A stretch of 63,930 nt of DNA, the filler included, from Craspedostauros australis (lineage: Eukaryota), in the NCBI GenBank assembly GCA_030167865.1. It is 8 parts of 8 records of this genome, joined end to end, with 100 filler letters (N's around TTAATTAATTAA, not from the genome) between each part and the next. Parts side by side here need not be neighbours in the genome. Positions count along the whole stretch, not along the records: positions 1 to 25,671 come from JALAGF010004046.1; positions 25,772 to 32,112 come from JALAGF010004054.1; positions 32,213 to 35,951 come from JALAGF010004055.1; 5 more parts are not named here. One strand, written 5' to 3'. Position numbers and translations under genes: made by a program. The notes beneath the pieces were generated by a model. That model was not told where the DNA came from. It made no database searches and was given only the letters and a program-made list of their open reading frames with translations. Position 1 is the stretch's first letter; each line of letters opens with the position of its first letter. Below are positions 24,235 to 36,051 of the stretch, piece by piece.

Positions 24235-25671
24235 CTGTCCCAATTTGTCATTCATTCTATCCTTCCGATGGCTCGTGGATGACCATGACTCATTTTCGTG
24301 AAAATACAAATAATTCAATAATTCTATCCATTTCAGTCGATTCACGCACATTCCGTTCCACACCACGCTTCCGACGTTATTTGAGCGTTTTCACAACAAC
24401 GGAATGCCATAAGTGCGCAACCAACAACACAACGATCACATTTTGGTCGTTGTGTGTGTTCCTCCTTTCCCCGTTTTTTGTTCGTTGTCTTGTGGCTGGA
24501 GGGAATTACTCGTAGTAGTACGCCACATGTTGTTCGTTGGTGGGTCCTCGTGTGGTACGAGCTACGAGAAGTTGTTGATGTTGTTCTTGTTCTTGCTCCT
24601 CCGTTTGTTGTCAATGTCGTCGTTGTTGGATGCATGTGAGTTGAGAATATCTGTTGTCAATGTCGTTGTCAATGTCGTTGTCAATGTCGTTGGTGCCCAT
24701 CTGCAACAACGTCGCCGACACTCTTGTTGTGCAAAGATGTTCCTGACATTCATCATCTTCATCGGATGGAGTCGCAACTGGTGTTCTGCACATCCTGCAT
24801 CTTACATCTTCCACAGTCCACAGTGCACCATCAGCCAACTTCTCACCGCAAGGTGGACCAAGAGATCAAGAACGAGGGAGAGCCACACGGGTATAGAGTA
24901 GCACGAAAGAAGACCCTGTCATCAATAACATCAACCCAGAGCATCAGCCACAAACGCACAACGACGCAACTGCACAAATACACACCGACATACCGACACA
25001 CCGACCCACACCCATACACATACTCTGTAGAGCACAGCACAGCAAAATACCGTAACGAATCCTCCCTTCAAGATCACGATGAACAACATGACGGCAACGG
25101 CAGCATCTTCCTCCTCTTCCTCCTCTTCCTCCTCCATCATCATCCCGACAGGCAGCAACTCATCGCCTCTGAAGCAACGGTCATCATCTCCGCTGAAGAA
25201 ACCGTCGTCATCGTTCGCACCATGCCCTGTTGCATTCACTTGCGATGAACAACGACCCGTGCCTTCTCCACCAAAGAGCAAGCGAGTGTCGACGTGCTTG
25301 AAGGCATGCGTGGTTCTTGACATGATGCTTTCGGCTCTTTACCTCAGCATCTATATCATCTACGGGAAGTTCGACTTGCTGGGAACGCTGATCCAGCAGC
25401 CACAGCCACAGCACCAGCAGCATTACCAGCAGCACCACCATCATCAGCATCAGCGGCACTATCAATATCAGCAGCAACAGCAACATGACCATTCGCAGAA
25501 TCCGCACATTCTGCATCATCCGAAGCCTCGCAATCACGATCATCACCAGCAACCAGAGGATCGATTGCGAAGAGACAATCACGCAGCCTCGCCACCATCG
25601 TCATCGAAGTTGCGCGGCGTGGCCTCCGGTAATCATCCCAAAACAATGACGAGACGCGGTATGGCGCAACC
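24235..25671. repeat. Right arm of ~1.44-kb inverted repeat (reverse complement of 1-1437)
   Basis: The contig ends ...atggcgcaacc, which is the reverse complement of the window start ggttgcgccat... Confidence 0.97.
25079..25671 (+). CDS. 5' part of a putative type II membrane protein, truncated at the contig end
   Basis: MNNMTATAASSSS...KSKRVSTCLKACVVLDMMLSALYLSIYIIYG (TM), then a Q/H-rich stalk open up to the gap. Confidence 0.6.
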
Positions 25672-25771
25672 NNNNNNNNNNNNNNNNNNNNNNNNNNNNN
25701 NNNNNNNNNNNNNNNTTAATTAATTAANNNNNNNNNNNNNNNNNNNNNNNNNNNNNNNNNNNNNNNNNNNN
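25672..25771. other. Artificial contig spacer N44-TTAATTAATTAA-N44 (also at 32113-32212, 35952-36051, 45886-45985, 52410-52509, 57346-57445, 62340-62439)
   Basis: Seven identical 100-bp units with a 12-mer giving stops in all six frames. Confidence 0.98.
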
Positions 25772-28700
25772 CACGAGGGGCTATACGAAGCTCAACTCCA
25801 GGATGCAGAAGAAGTCAAAGAAATCGGATTCCTGCTGTACTCCGGAGGCTTCACCGACGTCGACGGCACGGTTGACATCATCAACAGAAACCTCCGCCGC
25901 AACAACAGCGAAGTCCGAGTCGGAGGCAAGATCAAGAACATAGTTCAGGTCAGCACAGAAACCAGAGAAAAGTACAGAGAAGGCAAGAGGCACTGGACGG
26001 TACAACCATGGAGGGCAGTCAAACTCGAAGTCGAGCGGTCGCAAGCATACAATGCCGTCACCGCGGTCGCCAACCTGTTCAACACCAGAGAAGAACGCCC
26101 AGGAGCCACCAACTTCAGATTCCTGCCCGACAAAAAGTATGAGCAGATGTCGCGGAAGAAGGCCGAATTCAGAGAGGGATTGGTGGCCAAACACCAAGCC
26201 ATACTGTCAGTGATCGAGTACTCCGACGCCGACGGTGTGATCCACCTCGACAAAAAAGTCAAAGGCCGGGACAACAAGTCCGTCACGCTCAGAAAGCTTA
26301 TCCTCAGAGAGACCAACGACAAAGGCAAACGAATCTTCCACAGTGTGGACCGCGCAAGAGGCACCGACGACCAAGTGGTGGCCCACTCCTTTCCCGAATA
26401 CCAAGAAGAAGCCAAGCACTACATGAGCCTGCTGCCAGCGATCGCACGTCACAAAGTGGGAGAGAAGGCTGAGAAATGGTTCAGTCCGGAGGTGTGGATC
26501 GCCAGTCTCAACATCGTACACGACCCGGCCACCAACGACTACACATCTCCAGACGTCCACAACCTCGAAGACATCGCCGACAAAGAATTCCCCGCCAGTG
26601 TGATCATCACTAACATCCCTGACATGATGCCCACCACCTACCGACCAGCAGCCCTCGACAACAGAAGCATATTCAACCCAAGCTCGACAATCGGCACAAC
26701 CAATCGGTCAATCGACTCAGCTTACACAGCAGCTCCCAGGCAGGAGACCAACAACCAACAGGCGGAGATCGAACCAACAGAACGAGCTCCCCATCACGAC
26801 TCTGCCAGCCCCGAAGGGATACTTCGCACAGGATCCGACACAAGGTACAGTCAACAACAATCCCGGGAAGCCCAACTGCTCGCACAGGTCCAAGCACTCC
26901 GACGGGAGCTCGGCAAACCCAACGGCGACCCTCCACAGCCCAATGGAGGACAGTCACCATGATAGTCAGCCACATACGGGCACAGTCCAGCCCGAACCGC
27001 GACGGACCCAACAACACCGGACGCTCGAGATCGGATGATTCGAACGGCCAACTACAACACCTGGGGCAACGGACAGACAACAAGCCGGCCACACAAATCA
27101 GAATAGCCGCCCTCAACGTGGGCAGCATACCGCCGGACGCCACAGATCCAAAGAACGATGACCTATGGCAAACGATCAAGCAACACAAGATAGACATCCT
27201 CATGCTCACAGAGGTCGGCCTCAACTGGAGCAAAATCTCCACGGAGGCAACTCTGAGCCGCAGAGCAGACCAGCATCTGAAGATGACGAAGACGAGTACA
27301 GCCCACTGCCACACAATGAACCACAGCCCGAGACAATGGGGAGGCACGGCGATAGTGGTGCACGGAAAAATTGCAGGAAGAGTCCTCGCCCGAGACAACG
27401 ACCCGGAAAAGTGCGGAAGGTGGGCGAGCGTACTCCTACAAGGCAGACAGGGCATCAAGGTCCGCGCAGTGTCGGTGTACGTCCCCACCAAATCGACGCA
27501 CACAGCGGGCACAGTCTACAACCAACAAGCCGTCCGAGCTGCGCTGCGACAGTCCACGTTAGACCCCATCGACCTCCTCATCCAAGACCTCAGCGCCCAA
27601 ACAACGCAATGGAAACAGGCAGGGAGTCAGTCGTCATCGGAGGAGACGTGAACATGGATATCAGGAGGTCCAAAATTGCCAACATGATGTCAACGGCAGG
27701 CCTTCAAGAACACCACACCACAGCCATAACACAACCCTACGCTACTATGATCAGAAACAGGAGCAACATCCCCATTGACGGCATCTGAACCACGAGCGAT
27801 GCCAGACCGACACAACTTGGCGCCACACCCTACGGCAGTTGGGACCACAGGACGATATGGATGGACGTGGGCGAAGCCAGCCTCTTCGGGCCCACCAAAC
27901 TACCTACAACGCCGTTCCGTGGTCGCAGACTCCAGATGAACCAACCAGCAACAGTACGGAAATACAAGCAAGCCTACACCGCCCAAGCAGAAGCACTCCA
28001 ACTCCTACAACGGGCGCAGGCGCTCAATGACGAAATCGGAGCAGGCCCAATCTCGCCGTTGCAGACTCAGCAACTGGAAGCTCTGGACAATGACAGAGTG
28101 ACAGCCATGTTGCAAGCAGAGCGCAAGTGCCGGAAAGTGCGTGCAGGATATGTGCCATTTTCCCTGCTAATGGCAAAGCTGCACTGGGAACACCAGTTCT
28201 GGACCCTCAGCGTCAAACGCCGAAAGGGACACCAGATCCACGGGCGGACCATCGACAAAGCCAAAAAGAAGGCCAAGTTAACAGTACGCACAAGGGGAAT
28301 GACGACGGCAGAAATGCAGCAGCGCAAGAACGCGGCATGGAAGAAGTACAAACACGAAAAACGCAACGCAGACAACCACAGACGGACGTTCCTGGCGGAA
28401 TATGAAGAGGAAGAAACACAATCAGGGTGCGACACATCAAAATACCGAGCACAAATACTCCAGCGTGAAGAGACCAAGGCCACATACAGACGCATCAAGT
28501 GGTCGCTACAAGCCGATGGATCCGACGCGCAAGTCTCGATAGTGGTGAACAACGGCCCCGGAGGCAACGGCCAGCTTCTCACTTCGGGTGAAGACGTTGC
28601 CAAAGCATGCTGCAACAACAATGTGGACAAGTACAGCCAGGCATGGAGAGCGGAGGTGTGCCAAAGGCCCTTGAAACACGCGCTTGGACGATACGGCACC

Positions 28701-31700
28701 AACACTGCAGCCACGGCTGTGCTCCAAGGAATCGTCCCAACTCAAATTGAGACCAGCACCCGGGACCTCCTCCAGGCACTCAAACAGCCTGCGGCAGCCA
28801 CGGAGTGGAACCCCGGCCAACTCCAGATCAGTCCGTCAGACCACTCCCAAGGATGGGCAAAGATCAAGGAGAGCACCTCGTCCGGGCCATCAGGAGTCCA
28901 CTTCGGATGTTGGAAAGTGAATGCCACCGACACGACACTGGCAACCATCGACGCCATCCTGCGCGAGATCCCGTATCGTACAGGGTACAGCCTCAAGAGA
29001 TGGCAACAATGTGTGGACATCCAGCTCCGTAAGAAGCCTGGAGATCTCTCCGTCACCAAGACCCGGACCATCGGACGCATGGAGGGCGATTTCAACATGA
29101 ATAATTGCCTCCTGGGGAAGCAGGCCCGTGCTCATGCCGAGACACAAGGCACCATTGCAGCCAAACAATACGGCAGCAGGAAGGCCCACACAGCCCAAGA
29201 GGTCCTGCTCAACTCAGTGCTAATCGACGACATCCACAGAGTCACTGGCGAACACTATGCAGTATTCTCGAACGACGCGAAAGGATGCTACGACCGCATC
29301 GCCCACTCCATCTTCAGCTTGGCCCTTCAATGACAGGGAGTACCCACGCCGCCAATCGCGAGCACGCTGAACACGCTCCAGTCTATGACACACAGAATCC
29401 GCACAGCGGCCGGAACGTCAGAAGCATCGTACTCGGGCAAACAGCGCCGCAACCACCTGCAAGGCCTCGTCCAAGGACTCGGATCGGCACCAACCGGTTG
29501 GCTACTCATTAGCTCTGCCATCATAGACCACATGCGGTCACAAGGACATGGACTCCGAGTGCACAACCCCGTCACAAACAAGCAGCACACGATAGTTGGC
29601 ACAGCATACGTTGACGACACCAACGTCATGCACAGCCTGCCGACGGCGAGCCCAAACGAACAAGCAGCAATGTTCCAGGCAACAGTGAGCAGCTGGAACG
29701 ACCTGCTGACAGCCACGAGAGGAGCATTGGAGCCGTCAAAGAGTTTCTGGCAGCTGATACGCTTCAAATGGAACCGAGTCAAATGGGTGTACGACCTTGC
29801 CGCTCCAACCCAAAGCCTTCACATGCGCAACCCCACAGGCAGACGCACTCAACTGGCAGTCTCCAGCCCCAGGTCAGCATCCAAGTACCTGGGCATGGTG
29901 TCGCGACGAGATGGACGGCAAACGGAGCACGCATCATATCTCTTACAGAAGTCAAGAGAATGGGCCAACAAAATCCGCACATCTCGAATCCACAAGCAGG
30001 ACGTCGAGATCGCCACGAAGTCAGTACTGTGGCCTGCCCTCGCATACTCCTCCCCAGCCACAACCATGTCCCGACCGCAATGGGAGGCAATCATGAGCGC
30101 GGCCCTCACCACCGCTCTACCATCCATGGGCATCGCCAGAACCATTGCAAGAGACTACGTGTTGGGGCACACTGACAATATGGGAATGGGGATCCAACAT
30201 CTCCACACCAATCAAGTGATCGCCCACCTGTCGACGATCATGCGACACTTTGAGCAGCCCACTGACACTGGCAAGCTACTGCGGACGTCCCTGAGGCATT
30301 TGGAGCTGTGGACAGGACTGCCCGGGCGGCTCCAACAAACAGAGACGGAGTGGAGAACCTGGACCGCGGCCACATGGTGGCAGGACACATTCCAATCAGC
30401 GACAGAGTTGGGTATCATCATGACAGAGCAAAGACACCAGGCGAGGCCCCCGAGAGACAGCGACGAGCTCGTCATACACCTTGCCATCAGTGCGGGGGTA
30501 CACTGCTCCACGCTGGCGTTGGCAAACGTAGCCAGACTGTATCTGCGAGTGCTCTGGCTATCAGACATCGCCACCGCCCAAGGTGATCAAGTTCGATCCC
30601 GCATCCTCCAGCACTCCCGACTACTGGCCAGAACCACGAGGTGGCCAGTGGTGGGAGGAGTCTCCAAGAAGGCCTGGGAGGCATGGGACCAAGTACTGAA
30701 GGCACTCGTTGCTACAGACCGGCCGGGATGGCATGTGAGACACAAGCTGGGGCCGTGGTTAACCACCCCGAGGCGACGCGCCACCCTACGACCAGACGGG
30801 ACGGTAACACTGCCAGGCCAGACCGCTACAGCTGACGGGGCCGACCAGGAACCAGCCACGGTCATTGACCGAGCGCCCAGACGATCGGGTATGGTCATCA
30901 TATCTCAAGGGCAAATCCGCCGGTCCCAACCTCCCTCCACGCTGCGCGAATGGCTGCGAAGCAAAGGGCCAGCGGCGGTGCATATGCTGTCCGACATACA
31001 AGTCCATGGCAGCATTCACCGCATAGTCCAAGCAATTGCCGCAGGCACATGTTCAGCCTGCAGTGACGCATCGGCCAAGAACAGCCAAGGGACTGCAGCC
31101 ACCGTCATCCAGCGGGCCCCAAACGACGCGGATCACCAAATTGTCGCAACTACCGAAGTACCAATCGGGTCGCACGCCACCGACTCCAACCGATCGGAAC
31201 TTGCCGGGGTTCTAATGTCGGTGTGGATCATCACCTCGGTAGCGGAGTGGGCAGGCATACAGGGGGCGGCGACGATCGCGTGCGACAACAACAGAGCACT
31301 GCGCGCCGCCGATCCATCCATATGGCCGGACCCCAGCAAACCAGACTACGACCTCTGGTCGGAGCTGGTCCGATGTCTGCGGGAATCGCCAGTACAATTC
31401 CAACAACAGGAGGTTCAAGGCCATGCCGACGACGACGGCCGTCTGCTGTCGGACTGGGAGAAAATGAACGTCCTAGCCGACAGGCACGCGGGGCATCGCT
31501 GGACAGCAGCCTTCGCCGTCCACGGGCTGCAGGCCCCAGAGCTGATCATACAGACAGGTGGATGGCACCTGAGCACCACACGAGGCACCATCTCTGATCT
31601 GAACTACTGGACCATCTCCAAAGCTCTCCGCCGGAACGACGTCCAAGCCAAATGGTGTAGCAGGTGGGGTCACAGCCAGCCAGCCGAGGTGGACTGGATG

Positions 31701-32031
31701 CCCCTACGCTCCGTCTCACGGAAATGGAAAGGCGGCAAGCGGCGCACCCTGCTCAAACTCATGACAGGCACCAGCGCCAGCGGAAAGAATATGGCCAGGA
31801 GACAGCAGACGACGACGGACCGCTGCCCCCGATGCGGGAGGTCCAAGGACAACTCCCACATCATCATGTGCCCCGGCCTGTCCAGCCAAGCTATCTGGGC
31901 CAAGGCGATACAGAAGGTGCGGTCAATCGTGCGACCGCCAACGACGCCACCGGCAATCGCCCAGCTAGTGTGCACGGCCATACAACGCATCACCACTGGG
32001 GGCTTCCCACCATCCGGCATCAGAGACTCTC
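25772..32031 (+). mobile_element. Non-LTR retrotransposon (Ambal-like LINE), decayed copy: 3' part of ORF1 plus disrupted ORF2
   Basis: ORF1 runs to 26962 and ORF2 starts at 26959 with APE, RT, RNase H and Zn-finger motifs; three disabling lesions relative to the second copy. Confidence 0.92.
26959..32031 (+). pseudogene. ORF2 pol (APE endonuclease, RT, RNase H, CCHC-like finger), disrupted
   Basis: APE: LNVG, LTEVGLNW, GGDVN, PIDGI, WDHR. RT: SNDAKGCYDRIAH, GLVQG, YVDD (29607-29618). RNase H: CSDAS, SELAG, IACDN, VQGH, NVLAD (~31050-31500). Zn finger: CPRC..H...C (31824-31870). Lesions: -1 G at 27622-27624, TGA at 27786 and TGA at 29331. Confidence 0.9.
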
Positions 32032-32212
32032 TGTCGAGATGTACATGTGAGTATATGTCAAGATGTACGTGTATATGTGCATCGTTCACCCGCTATTCTC
32101 TCATACGCACTTNNNNNNNNNNNNNNNNNNNNNNNNNNNNNNNNNNNNNNNNNNNNTTAATTAATTAANNNNNNNNNNNNNNNNNNNNNNNNNNNNNNNN
32201 NNNNNNNNNNNN

Positions 32213-35200
32213 CACGAGGGGCTATACGAAGCTCAACTCCAGGATGCAGAAGAAGTCAAAGAAATCGGATTCCTGCTGTACTCCGGAGGCTTCACCGACG
32301 TCGACGGCACGGTTGACATCATCAACAGAAACCTCCGCCGCAACAACAGCGAAGTCCGAGTCGGAGGCAAGATCAAGAACATAGTTCAGGTCAGCACAGA
32401 AACCAGAGAAAAGTACAGAGAAGGCAAGAGGCACTGGACGGTACAACCATGGAGGGCAGTCAAACTCGAAGTCGAGCGGTCGCAAGCATACAATGCCGTC
32501 ACCGCGGTCGCCAACCTGTTCAACACCAGAGAAGAACGCCCAGGAGCCACCAACTTCAGATTCCTGCCCGACAAAAAGTATGAGCAGATGTCGCGGAAGA
32601 AGGCCGAATTCAGAGAGGGATTGGTGGCCAAACACCAAGCCATACTGTCAGTGATCGAGTACTCCGACGCCGACGGTGTGATCCACCTCGACAAAAAAGT
32701 CAAAGGCCGGGACAACAAGTCCGTCACGCTCAGAAAGCTTATCCTCAGAGAGACCAACGACAAAGGCAAACGAATCTTCCACAGTGTGGACCGCGCAAGA
32801 GGCACCGACGACCAAGTGGTGGCCCACTCCTTTCCCGAATACCAAGAAGAAGCCAAGCACTACATGAGCCTGCTGCCAGCGATCGCACGTCACAAAGTGG
32901 GAGAGAAGGCTGAGAAATGGTTCAGTCCGGAGGTGTGGATCGCCAGTCTCAACATCGTACACGACCCGGCCACCAACGACTACACATCTCCAGACGTCCA
33001 CAACCTCGAAGACATCGCCGACGAAGAATTCCCCGCCAGTGTGATCATCACTAACATCCCTGACATGATGCCCACCACCCACCGACCAGCAGCCCTCGAC
33101 AACAGAAGCATCTTCAACCCAAACTCGACCATCGGTACAACCAATCGGTCAATCGACTCAGCGTACACAGCAGCTCCCAGGCAGGAGACCGACAACCAAC
33201 AGGCGGAGACCGAATCAACGGAACGAGCTCCCCACCACGGCTCGGCCAGCCCCGAAGGGATACTCCGCACAGGATCTGACACCAGGTACAGTCAACAACA
33301 ATCCCGGGAAGCCCAACTGCTCGCACAGGTCCAAGCACTCCGACGGGAACTCGGCAAACCCAACGGCGACCCTCCGCAGCCCAATGGAGGACAGTCACCA
33401 TGATAGTCAGCCACATACGGGCACAGTCCAGCCCGAACCGCGACGGACCCAACAACACCGGACGCTCGAGATCGGATGATTCGAACGACCAACTACGACA
33501 CCTGGGGCAACGGACGGACAACAAGCCGGCCACCCAAATCAGAATAGCCGCCCTCAACGTGGGCAGCATACCACCGGACGCCACAGATCCAAAGAACGAC
33601 GACCTATGGCAAACGATCAAGCAACACAAGATCGACATCCTCATGCTCACAGAGGTCGGCCTCAACTGGAGCCAAATCTCCACGGAGGCAACCCTAAACC
33701 GCAGAGCAGACCAGCATCTGAAGATGACGAAGACGAGCACAGCTCACTGCCACACAATGAACCACAGCCCAAGACAATGGGGAGGCACAGCGATAGTGGT
33801 GCACGGAAAAATCGCAGGAAGAGTCCTCGCCCGAGACAACGACCCGGAAAAGTGCGGAAGATGGGCGAGCGTACTCCTACAAGGCAGGCAGGGCATCAAG
33901 GTCCGCGCAGTGTCGGTGTACGTCCCCAACAAATCGACGCACACAGCGGGCACAGTCTACAACCAACAAGCCGTCCGAGCTGCGCTGCGACAGTCCACGT
34001 TAGACCCCATCGACCTCCTCATCCAAGACCTCAGCGCCCAAATAACGCAATGGAAACAGGCAGGGGAGTCAGTCGTCATCGGAGGAGACGTGAACATGGA
34101 TATCAGGAGGTCCAAAATTGCCAACATGATGTCAACAGCAGGCCTTCACGAACACCACACCACGGCCATAACACAACCCTATGCTACTATGATCAGAAAC
34201 AGGAGCAGCATCCCCATTGACGGCATCTGGACCACGAGCGATGTCAGACCGACACAACTTGGCGCCACACCCTACGGCAGTTGGGACCACAGGACGGTAT
34301 GGATGGACGTGGGCGAAGCCAGCCTCTTCGGGCCCACCAAACTGCCTACAACGCCGTTCCGCGGTCGCAGACTCCAGATGAACCAACCAGCAACAGTACG
34401 AAAATACAAGCAAGCCTACACCGCCCAAGCAGAAGCACTCCAACTCCTACAACGGGCGCAGGCGCTCAATGACGAAATCGGAGCAGGCCCAATCTCGTCG
34501 CTGCAGACTCAACAACTGGAAGCTCTGGACAAAGACAGAGTGACTGCCATGTTGCAAGCAGAGCGCAAATGCCGGAAGGTGCGTGCAGGACATGTGCCAT
34601 TTTCCCCGCTAATGGCGAAGCTGCACTGGGAGCACCAGTTCTGGACCCTCAGCGTCAAACGCCGAAAGGGACACCAGATCCACGGGCGGACCATCGACAA
34701 AGCCAAAAAGAAGGCCAAGTTAACAGTACGCACCAAGGAAATGACGACGGCAGAAATGCAGCAGCGAAAGAACGCGGCATGGAAGGAGTACAAACACGAA
34801 AAACGCAACGCAGACAACCACAGACGGACGTTCTTGGCGGAAGATGAAGAGGAAGAAACAAGATCAGGGCGCGACACATCCAAATACCGAGCACAAATAC
34901 TCCAGCGCGAAGAAACCAAGGCCACATACAGACGCATCAAGTGGTCGCTACAAGCCGACGGATCCGACGCGCAAGTCTCGATAGTGGTGAACGACGGCCC
35001 CGGAGGCGACGGCCAGCTTCTCACTTCGGGCAAAGACGTCGCCAAAGCATGCTGCAACAACAATGTGGACAAGTACAGCCAGGCATGGAGAGCGGAGGTG
35101 TGCCAAAGGCCCTTGAAACACGCGCTCGGACGATACGGCACCAACACTGCAGCCACGGCTGTGCTCCAAGGAATCGTCCCAACTCAAATCGAGACCAGCA

Positions 35201-35951
35201 CCCGAGACCTCCTCCAGGCACTCAAACAGCCTGCGGCATCCACGGGGTGGAACCCCAGCCAACTCCAGATCAGTCAGTCCGACCACTCCCGAGGATGGGC
35301 AAAGATCAAGGAGAGCACCTCGTCCGGCCCGTCAGGAGTCCACTTCGGGTGTTGGAAAGTGAATGCTACCGACGCGTCACTGGCAACCATCGATGCCATC
35401 CTGCGCGAGATCCCGTATCGCACAGGGTACAGCCTCAAGCGATGGCAACAGTGCGTGGACATCCAGCTCCGTAAGAAGCCTGGAGATCTATCAGTCACCA
35501 AGACCCGGACCATCGGACTCATGGAGGGCGATTTCAACATGAATAATCGCCTCCTGGGGAAGCAGGCCCGTGCTCATGCCGAGGCACAAGGCACCATCGC
35601 AGCCGAACAATACGGCAGCAGGAAGGCCCACACAGCCCAAGAGGTCCTGCTCAACTCGGTGCTAATCGACGACATCCACAGGGTCACTGGTGAACACTAT
35701 GCAGTATGCTCGAACGACGCGAAAGGATGCTACGACCGCATCGCCCACTCCATCTTCAGCTTGGCCCTTCAACGACAAGGAGTACCCACGCCGCCAATCG
35801 CCAGCACGCTAAACACGCTCCAGTCTATGACACACAGAATCCGCACAGCGGCCGGAACATCAGAAGCATCGTACTCGGGCAAACAACGCCGCAACCACCT
35901 GCAAGGCCTCGTGCAAGGACTCGGATCGGCGCCAACCGGTTGGCTACTCAT
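32213..35951 (+). mobile_element. Ambal-like LINE, second copy with open frames (ORF1 3' part to 33403; ORF2 from 33400 to the gap)
   Basis: Near-identical to copy 1 but ORF2 is uninterrupted for about 850 aa up to the contig end. Confidence 0.93.
33400..35951 (+). CDS. LINE ORF2 (APE plus N-terminal RT), partial
   Basis: APE catalytic motifs and RT CSNDAKGCYDRIAH...GLVQG; open to the gap. Confidence 0.92.
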
Positions 35952-36051
35952 NNNNNNNNNNNNNNNNNNNNNNNNNNNNNNNNNNNNNNNNNNNNTTAAT
36001 TAATTAANNNNNNNNNNNNNNNNNNNNNNNNNNNNNNNNNNNNNNNNNNNN

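Noticed and set aside
25716..25727. Recurring TTAATTAATTAA palindrome
   Set aside because: Always centred in 44+44 Ns; an artificial six-frame-stop linker. Adjacency and orientation across these joins carry no biological meaning.
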